This document shows, one piece after another, positions 16,965-24,087 of a DNA stretch of 39,503 nt. The notes below the pieces were generated by a model that was not told where the DNA came from, did not search any database, and saw only the letters and a list, made by a program, of their open reading frames with translations. Position 1 is the stretch's first letter. Each line of letters starts with the position of its first letter. The position numbers and the translations under genes were made by a program. The DNA comes from a virus. The DNA is taken from positions 1 through 39,503 of IMG/VR virus record IMGVR_UViG_3300028837_000601; one strand, written 5' to 3'.

Positions 16965-17756
16965 TCATCTCTTTAATCTGCTTGGTGCTAATGTGCATCT
17001 ACAGTCGGGATGTTGAGGTGGAGCCATCACCCCACCGCTGAACTCTTGATTCACCGGTATCACCCCCTCTGCTTCATTGCCCAAGCATTCATCACTGACT
17101 AAATCATCACCAGCAGTTACCCACTCTTTCCCTTCAATTCCCATATCCTCCATTCTATCTAAAGACGCTTGGGAGAGAGCATTAGTAGTCTCAGTTCGGG
17201 CTATTAACTGACTTCTATATCGGCTCATATCTCCAAATTCAGTTTTAATATCCCTAGCCAATCCAGGAATGCCTCTCTTAGTCTCTATCCCTTGACTAAT
17301 AGTGTGAGCCAATCTTCTTTTAGTTTCTTCGTCCATTTGAGTAACTAATCTAGCACCTTGCTTCTCTGCCCAGTCTATTGCCTGCGAAATTGGCGGTCCC
17401 TCATAGGCTATCGGCACACCAGCCTTAGTCTGACCCCAAGTTATCATCTCAGCACTACCAGAAAAGTAAATCTCAGCTACTTGACCACTTATATCAGCCT
17501 GAAGTTTATCATCAAAGGTAGCCAGCAAGGGGTCTAATATACCTCTAGTTTCAGACCCTAAACTCTCCTTGACATACCTATTATAAATACCCGACAATTT
17601 CCCATAAGGAAAGGCATCTTCAAGCTTGTTGAAATACTTAACGAGTTCTCTTTGTAGTGCCTTTTCCCTTCTTTTGTTTGCGGGTGCGTTGGGGTTTGCT
17701 GGTATCCTCGCTTCTAGTAATGTTATCAGGCTGTCCAGTTCTGCTACTACTGTCAC
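16965..17756 (-). CDS. head morphogenesis protein (SPP1 gp7 / Mu F family)
   Basis: Pattern RYRSQLIARTETTNALSQASLDRMEDMG...EWVTAGDDLVSDEC...PPQHPDCRCTL is the MuF-family signature. GTG start at 17756. Confidence 0.85.
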   Translation of the reverse strand: MTVVAELDSLITLLEARIPANPNAPANKRREKALQRELVKYFNKLEDAFPYGKLSGIYNRYVKESLGSETRGILDPLLATFDDKLQADISGQVAEIYFSGSAEMITWGQTKAGVPIAYEGPPISQAIDWAEKQGARLVTQMDEETKRRLAHTISQGIETKRGIPGLARDIKTEFGDMSRYRSQLIARTETTNALSQASLDRMEDMGIEGKEWVTAGDDLVSDECLGNEAEGVIPVNQEFSGGVMAPPQHPDCRCTLAPSRLKR

Positions 17757-17904
17757 TTTCTATCTCCACTTCACTTGCCGTCATTGCGACTTCCCCCACT
17801 ATCTCCTTTCTCTTCTCCATCCCCTTCTCACAGTCACAGAACGCCATAATCAGTCCGTGTTCAAACTCTACAAATCCCCTATCTTGACACTTTTCACATT
17901 CCAT
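17638..17904 (-). CDS. Zn-ribbon-like microprotein with basic tail
   Basis: 88 aa with an AAGGAG RBS. Contains MECEKCQDRGFVEFEHGLIMAFCDCEKG. Its 3' 119 nt overlap the MuF-like gene. Confidence 0.55.
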   Translation of the reverse strand: MECEKCQDRGFVEFEHGLIMAFCDCEKGMEKRKEIVGEVAMTASEVEIESDSSSRTGQPDNITRSEDTSKPQRTRKQKKGKGTTKRTR

Positions 17905-17907
17905 TAT

Positions 17908-18084
17908 TTACTCCTTTCTACCCAGTATTCTTGTCACCATATTTATGCGCTCTTTATCGCTGAACATATGGCCTCTTGTGGTATATATCTTTTGAAGGTG
18001 GTCGGTTATGTAATTCTCTGTTTCTTTATTTATTGGCAAGCAGGCATCTCTAGTCCAAAGATATATCAACGCTTCCAAAAACAT
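17908..18084 (-). CDS. hypothetical 58-aa protein
   Basis: Not in the ORF track. ATG 18084 lies 3 nt after the portal stop (MFLEALIYLWTRDACLPINKETENY...). It fills the gap to the next gene. Confidence 0.45.
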   Translation of the reverse strand: MFLEALIYLWTRDACLPINKETENYITDHLQKIYTTRGHMFSDKERINMVTRILGRKE

Positions 18085-18087
18085 TAC

Positions 18088-19485
18088 TTACTCCTTTTTG
18101 CTTAGACTCTCCCTGAGCCATTTTAAGTCTCTGGCTAATGCAATCTCAGGATTTGCTTTAACTACTTCTGCTATCTGCTCAAGGGCTTCAGCAGGGTCGT
18201 TTACCCCCAGCGTCATCAAGGCTATCTGCTTGACATCCTCAGAGTCGCCAAGCGCCGGTAAGACCTGAAGTATCTGAACTAGAGCAGTCGCAGCCTGTGC
18301 TATATCAGCAGGGGCGATAGCGGGGAAGTCCATATCCACATACCACTTATCATCTGGCACATTATTATGTTCAAGAACTATATCGTTTATGTCTTTATAA
18401 GCGTCAGCCCATATTGCCTGATAGGACTGAAACATCTTCATCATCGGGAGTTCAACTGTCTTGGCTGTAGCCAGATTACCTGTTGATATATCACCAAAGT
18501 ATTGCTCTGGTATCCCAACCGCAGCACAAACCTGATATTTAATCATCTTGCCATCTTGATAGGCAGCCGAAGCCCCAGATTCTGTTTTAATGGGTGTGGT
18601 ATCTACTCCTAAGTTCTCCACTTCGTGAGAACCAGCAGGTATATCCTTTCCGTGAGTTTTAGCCTTAATAGCATCTACTTGTGCTTGACCGCCTTTTACC
18701 TTTGACCTCCAAGCAAACTTTGCCAGAGCTAACATAACCGCTATACGGCTACCTAAGAACTTCGTATAATACTTCATCCAAAGCAGAGCAGGTAATAATA
18801 GGGGATTGCCCCTTTGAGTAATTGTATTGTATGTCAGATGATAGACTAAAGCATCTTGGGTCTTTGTGACGCTTGTTCCGAGTGAGTCCGTTGTGGCTTT
18901 ATCCTTGACATTGGTTGTGCTCCGATATATAGCCTTGTGAGGCGTGCCTGCAGTATCCGACCATTCCCTGCGATAGTATCTTACATCCTCTTTGTCATCC
19001 GGGTCAGTGATTATCTCTGTTATCTCTAGCGGGTCTATTGTCCTTATCTTGGTTTCCCCATTAGCACCTAAAAAGAGGGCAAAGAATATCTCCCCCTCTA
19101 TTAAGAGTTTATCAGATGACTTACGCTGTCCTCTAGCTGATAACACGCCTTGATTGGCTTGGGCATCCCAGAATCCCTCTAATACCTCTTTAGTTTTCTC
19201 ATCTTCCGTATCCCAAACCATACCAGTGCCAAAAGTATAGTCAGTCCATAATCTTATAGCCTGTTTCCCTAATGGGTCTTTGGTAGAATAAAGTCTAGAG
19301 AGCTGAAGGTTCGTTATCCTCTCTTGTGCCGTGATAACATCCCCCGTAGTGCCACTCAGGCTAATCCATCCCGCATCTTCTAGGGCTAAATCAGCTTCTA
19401 CACTAGCAGTAGCTTCCCGCAATAAAATCCCCAATTCGTCTCTTGGTGCATTATCTCTTAATATCTTTGCTTGCTTTTCTATCAT
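18088..19485 (-). CDS. portal protein
   Basis: 465 aa from ATG 19485 (AGGAG RBS, ATGA overlap with the upstream gene). The call rests on size and on its position between terL and the MuF-like gene. Confidence 0.75.
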   Translation of the reverse strand: MIEKQAKILRDNAPRDELGILLREATASVEADLALEDAGWISLSGTTGDVITAQERITNLQLSRLYSTKDPLGKQAIRLWTDYTFGTGMVWDTEDEKTKEVLEGFWDAQANQGVLSARGQRKSSDKLLIEGEIFFALFLGANGETKIRTIDPLEITEIITDPDDKEDVRYYRREWSDTAGTPHKAIYRSTTNVKDKATTDSLGTSVTKTQDALVYHLTYNTITQRGNPLLLPALLWMKYYTKFLGSRIAVMLALAKFAWRSKVKGGQAQVDAIKAKTHGKDIPAGSHEVENLGVDTTPIKTESGASAAYQDGKMIKYQVCAAVGIPEQYFGDISTGNLATAKTVELPMMKMFQSYQAIWADAYKDINDIVLEHNNVPDDKWYVDMDFPAIAPADIAQAATALVQILQVLPALGDSEDVKQIALMTLGVNDPAEALEQIAEVVKANPEIALARDLKWLRESLSKKE

Positions 19486-19835
19486 AATTCTCCTGTCAAT
19501 GGCTCTACTGCTACATAGCCAGCCATATCTTCCAAGCATCGCCTATAACCATACCATCTCTTATAAGCTACCGAGTTTCCATCGTTTATATCCCATGCTT
19601 GTTGTGCCTTTAACTCGTAGGGATTCTCGGGTAACTCCCTATCTACCTTTATCACCACACCTTGAGAGTCCTCATATCCCATTATTTCCTTTGCCATTGC
19701 CCTAGTTAATCTCTTTGCAGCCCCACCTTCAAGTAGACCCTCCCATTCATTATTAGCCTGCAGGCCAGAGACGCTACGCCTAAAATCCCATATTCTCTGT
19801 GCTATCCCTTCCCTTATCTCTTCTTGCTTAGTCAT
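19482..19835 (-). CDS. hypothetical protein
   Basis: 117-aa ORF translationally coupled on both sides. Confidence 0.7.
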   Translation of the reverse strand: MTKQEEIREGIAQRIWDFRRSVSGLQANNEWEGLLEGGAAKRLTRAMAKEIMGYEDSQGVVIKVDRELPENPYELKAQQAWDINDGNSVAYKRWYGYRRCLEDMAGYVAVEPLTGEL

Positions 19836-20161
19836 AACTCAAGCTCCTTAATCTTTACAATATAATTATCTATACCATGAACACCCGCAACTTTAAGTTG
19901 ATTTATCATATCCAATATTGCATTCATAGTTTCTTCATAATTACCACCGCCCAAAATAATATTATCTTGCATAATGTCTACTTTATGGGGATGGGCAAGT
20001 ATCCTAAACTGCTCAAGCTCTTCCCTAGAGATATAGAAGCCATCCTTACTCCTGCAAAATACAGCTTTAAGCCTATCCATTACTTCTTGAGGGGGGTCTT
20101 CTCCTGGGAAATATACTTCATGCCCAACATATTCGCCCTCTTTGAGATAAGTTTCATTCAT
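19832..20161 (-). CDS. hypothetical protein
   Basis: 109-aa ORF sharing a 4-nt overlap with terL. Confidence 0.7.
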   Translation of the reverse strand: MNETYLKEGEYVGHEVYFPGEDPPQEVMDRLKAVFCRSKDGFYISREELEQFRILAHPHKVDIMQDNIILGGGNYEETMNAILDMINQLKVAGVHGIDNYIVKIKELEL

Positions 20162-21354
20162 AGCTCCAGCTCCTTTACTGCTTCCATTGCATCATAGACT
20201 ATTATGTTCTCTTCTTCTGTCGGCTCTGCTCTACCCATTATACCATATCTTCTGGCATCTATGCCATGCGAGAATGTGTGAGTGGTCTTATCAGTAAATT
20301 TGCCGTTCTTATCCTGTATATATCTGAAGTTTCTTTGTTCCTTGATACAGTTTGTAGAATTCTTAGTCCAGAACTGCTTATACTGCCTGACTTTTTGATG
20401 CCCGTATTCTACACTCCCTGGTCCCTTTGGTGCTCCCTTAATATTGAAGCCATATCTAAGTATCTCGTCTATTGACTTTGGCTCAGCAGAATCAGCAAAT
20501 ATCTCATCATAATTACGCTTAACTCCTAGCTCATCCATCCTATAAGCTATGGCATCGTTAGTTAATCCCGCTTCGTATATCAGTTCCTCGCTGTATAGCT
20601 CATCACCTCTTATAACACAACGGATTAGAGCAGTGGGATCGTTAGAGTAACCAAAGTCCAGTCCATAAAATACGTCACCCCCGGGCAATTCATCCACCTG
20701 CCCAAAGAAGGGATAGACAAGCCCCTCTACTTTACCCAGTTTCCCATAGATGTAAATATTGGCCCAATTAGGGTCTCGTTCTCCGGTAGCCAAGATATTA
20801 CTGATTACTTCGGGGGGAAGCACATATTCGGCATCTTTATAGGTTGAATGGATATAGGCATTCTCAGGCTGTCCCATCCAGTTTGTATGTGCCCAGAATT
20901 CACTAACAGGATTCCAGTCAACGAAGGTAAACTTGGCGGTTCGTATATCTAGTCCCCTAGCCGTCTCCCAAGGTACATTATTACCCTCGTTTATGAAGAG
21001 AATATCACGCCTCGGTCCCCTTACTTTATCCGCCTCATCAGCCCCAAAGAATTCAATTACACCCCTACCAAAAGTATAGGTATGCTCGGTCTTGTTATAC
21101 CGAGGACTGGCATCCTGGCTTTCCCCAAGTATCCTAAAGAAATCTCTTATTGCTCCCCTTTTAAGGTGCGGTAAGGATTCGCTAACAACCGAGATTAATA
21201 ATGGCGATTTAGTATTCTGGGCTATAAGGATAAGAAGCTGTAAAATTGACCAGGTCTTACTTGAGTAAGTTCCCCCCTCGTTTAATGCCCGCCTCTTATC
21301 ACCCAGCCAGGCCTTAGCATTCTCTTCATAAATTTTAGTTGTTGTTATTTTCAC
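20158..21354 (-). CDS. terL: terminase large subunit (PBSX / Terminase_3-like)
   Basis: 398 aa. N-terminal P-loop-like NEGGTYSSKTWSIL, then FINEGNNV (Walker B-like), then a C-terminal nuclease-type region. GTG start without an RBS. Confidence 0.85.
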   Translation of the reverse strand: MKITTTKIYEENAKAWLGDKRRALNEGGTYSSKTWSILQLLILIAQNTKSPLLISVVSESLPHLKRGAIRDFFRILGESQDASPRYNKTEHTYTFGRGVIEFFGADEADKVRGPRRDILFINEGNNVPWETARGLDIRTAKFTFVDWNPVSEFWAHTNWMGQPENAYIHSTYKDAEYVLPPEVISNILATGERDPNWANIYIYGKLGKVEGLVYPFFGQVDELPGGDVFYGLDFGYSNDPTALIRCVIRGDELYSEELIYEAGLTNDAIAYRMDELGVKRNYDEIFADSAEPKSIDEILRYGFNIKGAPKGPGSVEYGHQKVRQYKQFWTKNSTNCIKEQRNFRYIQDKNGKFTDKTTHTFSHGIDARRYGIMGRAEPTEEENIIVYDAMEAVKELEL

Positions 21355-21513
21355 TATTTCATTATATCGTTAATGTTTATTTACAAAGATTTTAAAACTT
21401 TTTAATTTTGAACAGTTGGTACATTTTTGAGATTTTTTTTCTTAAAAATGAGCAAAATTCACTCGTAAAATGCCGTTTTTAAGGTCTTTTATTTTGCAAG
21501 CATTAAACCCCTC

Positions 21514-21989
21514 GCTAAATAATACGGTTTTTAGGACACTAGCCAAAAACCTGTGTTTTTCGGACAGGTGCCGAATTTCGCTGTTTTCTGACCCTTAGCC
21601 AAAAAACTCTGTTTTCTGGACGGCGGCCGAATAACGCTATTTTTTAGACCCGTGCCAAACTTTGATGTTTTTTAGACAGTGGCCTAAAAATGATGTTTTC
21701 CAGACCAGTGCCAAAATCCATTGTTTTTTTGGAGGTGGCCAAGAAATGCAATTTTTTTGACTGGTGCCAAATAATGCACTTTTTTTAATCAGTGCCAGGA
21801 AATGATGTTTTTCGGATGCCCGCCAAAAAACGGTGTTTTTTTAACCCTAGCCAAATCCCGTAGTTTTTTTGCCCCCTGCCAAAACTTACAGTTTTTTAGA
21901 GCCTAGCCAAAAAGCTAAGTTTTTTGGAGCCGTGCCAAGATTCGTAGTTTTTTAGCCCCCAGCCAAATTCGTTACTTTTTCTGGCAAAT
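21514..21989. repeat. 17 tandem units of exactly 28 bp, consensus GCCAAA-N7-GTTTTT(T)-N8; non-coding
   Basis: GCC (GCT in unit 1) starts at 21514 and then at every 28th base through 21962. TTTT occupies unit positions 15-18 in all 17 units. The variable blocks keep a fixed length. Confidence 0.95.
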
Positions 21990-22098
21990 TTTAAAACTAA
22001 AATAAAGTACATCAAAAAGTGGCATTTTGAGACTAGAAAAGGGTCAAAATTAAATATTTTTTCCCTAAAATGTACCAGTTGCACAGAATTAAAATATA

Positions 22099-22197
22099 TT
22101 ATAATATTGCTAAGGCACAAGTTCCCAAAAGGGCAACCCCTATCAGTACCATGCCCAAGCCAATTAGTAAAAGTCCAAGCTTCTGAATATTACTCAT
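22099..22197 (-). CDS. 32-aa hydrophobic (single-TM) peptide
   Basis: Not in the ORF track. GGGGAG RBS, ATG 22197. Translation: MSNIQKLGLLLIGLGMVLIGVALLGTCALAIL. Confidence 0.4.
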   Translation of the reverse strand: MSNIQKLGLLLIGLGMVLIGVALLGTCALAIL

Positions 22198-22211
22198 TGT
22201 GTTTGCTCCCC

Positions 22212-22388
22212 TTAGTATTCGGGTATTACATTGCCATCAGCGTCTACACACTGTATAGAGGTCTTAGCAAATCCGCTGGTAGAAGTCCATTTGGGTTGCA
22301 CGGATTTTGATTTCTGCGGTGGGAGAAGTAGGGCGTGTAACCTGATTCGCTTCATTCTCTCCCGATTCCTAGCCTTGCTCAATGGCAT
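22212..22388 (-). CDS. small basic protein
   Basis: MPLSKARNRERMKRIRL...QCVDADGNVIPEY. Start placed at ATG 22388, so it overlaps the terS-like 3' end by 20 nt. Confidence 0.5.
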   Translation of the reverse strand: MPLSKARNRERMKRIRLHALLLPPQKSKSVQPKWTSTSGFAKTSIQCVDADGNVIPEY

Positions 22389-22752
22389 CTTCAGTCCTCT
22401 CACCCCTTGTAATCTGTTCAGTCAATCTCTTTGCTGTTTCACTGGAGACATTAATAACATAAATGGGTTTCTCGGTATCTCCCCCTATGGGGAGGGTAAC
22501 TTTCCCCTCTGTCCTATCAAAGATTATATCTAATGCCCTCGTATCACCGGTTAAGGCTTTCCTTAATAATGCCTTAACCACTGCTTCCTTGAGCTTCTTA
22601 TTATCCCCTTCGGGTATCTGGTCTAATAGTTCTCTCAATACAGCAGTTAGGCTCTTGCCCTTCTGCATACCCCCAGGATTGCCAGATTGCCCAGGCTTCC
22701 ACTGGTGTTCTATAAATTCCTTGTTTTTACCTTGCCTTTGAGGATTTCCCAT
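22369..22752 (-). CDS. small-terminase-like DNA-binding protein (DUF5681-type GNPxG motif)
   Basis: 127 aa. Contains KPGQSGNPGGMQKGKS and ALLRKALTGDTRALDIIFDRTEGK, as I recall for DUF5681 / TerS-annotated phage proteins. First gene of the late operon, upstream of terL. Confidence 0.55.
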   Translation of the reverse strand: MGNPQRQGKNKEFIEHQWKPGQSGNPGGMQKGKSLTAVLRELLDQIPEGDNKKLKEAVVKALLRKALTGDTRALDIIFDRTEGKVTLPIGGDTEKPIYVINVSSETAKRLTEQITRGERTEDAIEQG

Positions 22753-23065
22753 ACTACTCCCAGTGTCCCCAACCGTTATCCCGCCTATGACCAGAATATA
22801 GGCATAGGCACTCCGCTATTTATAAGTATAACATATCTATTCAATTATCACTCTGTGGGGCTAATAGAGTTCGGTTAATCCTCAGTATGCGGCATCCCCT
22901 ATGTGGTTCTGCCCCTCCGACTAACCGATAACTAGCATCACCTCATTCGCCCCACAGCCTTTGACCTGAACTGGAGTCCCCTCCACCTTTTAAGGCTTCA
23001 CCCTGTGGTGTCTTCCACCCACTTACTCAGCCACCCTATTAGCTCAGGTTGAGCACCTTCCTGCT
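22753..23065 (-). promoter_or_regulatory. long GC-rich structured 5' leader of the late operon (candidate cis-regulatory RNA)
   Basis: No ORF on either strand. A 9-bp helix pairs CUGUGGGGC (22957-22949) with GCCCCACAG (22861-22853), enclosing a nested UCGGUUA/UAACCGA helix. An alternative pairing of the same CUGUGG exists with CCACAG at 23008-23003. Confidence 0.45.
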
Positions 23066-23071
23066 ACTTCC

Positions 23072-23100
23072 ATTATACCACATCACTGCTTTATCCGCAA
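23072..23100 (-). promoter_or_regulatory. sigma70-like promoter TTGCGG-N17-TGgTATAAT driving the late (minus-strand) operon
   Basis: On the minus strand the -35 is at 23100-23095 and the TATAAT at 23077-23072, preceded by TGG. Confidence 0.6.
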
Positions 23101-23169
23101 GATTATTATTTAATTATAGATAGCCTAGCTCTCAATCATCTAATTGTTGCCCCTTTGAGTCCCCTGTAA

Positions 23170-23178
23170 TGGTATAAG
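23170..23178 (+). promoter_or_regulatory. possible extended -10 element TGgTATAAG (no good -35)
   Basis: TGGTATAAG at 23170-23178, oriented divergently from the minus-strand promoter about 70 bp away. Confidence 0.3.
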
Positions 23179-23311
23179 GCAATGTAAAACAGCGAGTATT
23201 TGAGAGAAAAGCAGAGAAAATAGGAGCGTTCAGTCTCACCCCCACCAAGTTATACGCCTGCGTTACTTACAGGCAACCGCTTACAATCCTTAAATAGACA
23301 ACCGAAAATGC

Positions 23312-23339
23312 TTGACATTCAGTTTATATGTGGTAAAGT
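23312..23339 (+). promoter_or_regulatory. early promoter TTGACA-N16-TGgTAAAGT
   Basis: A perfect -35 at 23312-23317 and TG plus TAAAGT at 23331-23339, 30 nt upstream of the first plus-strand gene. Confidence 0.65.
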
Positions 23340-23350
23340 TAGGGTAGCAA
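23337..23350 (+). promoter_or_regulatory. repeated leader motif AGTTAGGGTA(G/A)CAA, copy 1
   Basis: Lies 32 nt before ATG 23369 and overlaps the -10 of the early promoter. Confidence 0.5.
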
Positions 23351-23368
23351 AGAAGAAGGAAGGATAAA

Positions 23369-23599
23369 ATGAAACACCAAGTATTAGCTGACACACTAGC
23401 AGAAAAACTTGGCAAACACCAATGGGATGTTATTCACGGGAAGGGCGGGTTCTGGATGAAAGGAGACCGATTTTATACTTTGCGAGAAGCCAGAAAAATC
23501 ACTGGATTACCATCACCCACTAGACATTGCGACCGAATGGTAATGAAAGCGTGGGGAGATTATGCGACAATAGCTCAAATAAACGGCATTAAAGCATAG
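23369..23599 (+). CDS. hypothetical early protein
   Basis: 76-aa ORF with a GAAGGAAGGA RBS. First gene after the early promoter. Confidence 0.7.
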   Translation: MKHQVLADTLAEKLGKHQWDVIHGKGGFWMKGDRFYTLREARKITGLPSPTRHCDRMVMKAWGDYATIAQINGIKA

Positions 23600-23610
23600 C
23601 TAATATATCA

Positions 23611-23624
23611 AGTTAGGGTAACAA
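23611..23624 (+). promoter_or_regulatory. repeated leader motif AGTTAGGGTAACAA, copy 2
   Basis: Lies 27 nt before GTG 23638, with TAGCTAAT (23597-23604) upstream. Confidence 0.5.
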
Positions 23625-23637
23625 GTGGAGGGATAAG

Positions 23638-24039
23638 GTGAGAATAGAAAACACTTCCCGGTATAGCACAAAGGAACTCCAGGCTACCCTCTCTCAAGTT
23701 TTGAAATCAGCTCCTCTTGGTAGGGCTAGGACTTGGTTGAAAGGTAAAGGTGGCTTGTATGTTATGGTAAATAATGCCAAGTATAGCCGAGTAAGAGGTA
23801 GGATATATCCCAATGCTGTAAATATCCACCGCAAAGGCAAGCTCATAGAGGTAAGAGGTTATATTAAACTGTATGTCTTTGCCCACACTACATTAAAGGA
23901 TGTAGCCCATACCTTTGCCCACGAATTATCCCATTTCAAAGATTGGTATGACCACGACTTCCTATTCTCACGGGGCAAAATCCCCTATGGACAAGAGAAA
24001 AGAGCTAGGGCTTTTGCTGACAGGGTGGTTAAGCAGTAG
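23638..24039 (+). CDS. putative Zn-metallopeptidase-motif protein (HExxH)
   Basis: 133 aa. Contains VAHTFAHELSHFKDWYDHD. GTG start after a GGAGGG RBS. Confidence 0.5.
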   Translation: MRIENTSRYSTKELQATLSQVLKSAPLGRARTWLKGKGGLYVMVNNAKYSRVRGRIYPNAVNIHRKGKLIEVRGYIKLYVFAHTTLKDVAHTFAHELSHFKDWYDHDFLFSRGKIPYGQEKRARAFADRVVKQ

Positions 24040-24061
24040 CTAATTTATTATAGATGATTAG

Positions 24062-24075
24062 AGTTAGGGTAACAA
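24062..24075 (+). promoter_or_regulatory. repeated leader motif AGTTAGGGTAACAA, copy 3
   Basis: Lies 26 nt before ATG 24088, with TAGCTAAT (24037-24044) upstream. Confidence 0.5.
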
Positions 24076-24087
24076 AGGGGGGAAGGG

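Noticed and set aside
17626-18105. 159-aa plus-strand ORF, and other plus-strand ORFs inside the late operon (for example 943..1293, 1878..2198, 2631..2966, 4265..4558, 6676..6939, 19331..19705, 19877..20197)
   Set aside because: All are antisense shadows of long, motif-supported minus-strand genes. None has an RBS or any recognisable motif.
21514-21989. Possible CRISPR array
   Set aside because: The total period is only 28 bp. There is no separation into a conserved repeat of 24 bp or more plus a unique spacer, because the conserved blocks are 6-7 bp. No cas genes or leader are present in this complete genome.
21896-22533. ORFs 21896..22120 (-), 22107..22310 (+) and 22231..22533 (+) in or near the repeat gap
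   Set aside because: The first is a low-complexity translation of the 28-bp repeats (F/L/K-rich) with no RBS. The plus-strand ORFs are antisense shadows of the terS-like and small basic genes and also lack RBSs.
22857-22905. tRNA-like T-arm (GAGTTCGGTTAATCCTC) in the terS-like leader region
   Set aside because: The loop would be 11 nt instead of 7. No acceptor, D or anticodon arms can be drawn around it on either strand.
22753-23368. Hidden repressor / Cro-type gene or integrase attachment site in the 615-bp divergent region
   Set aside because: No ORF longer than a few codons with a start codon exists on either strand, and no integrase is encoded in the genome. The region is better explained by promoters plus a structured leader.
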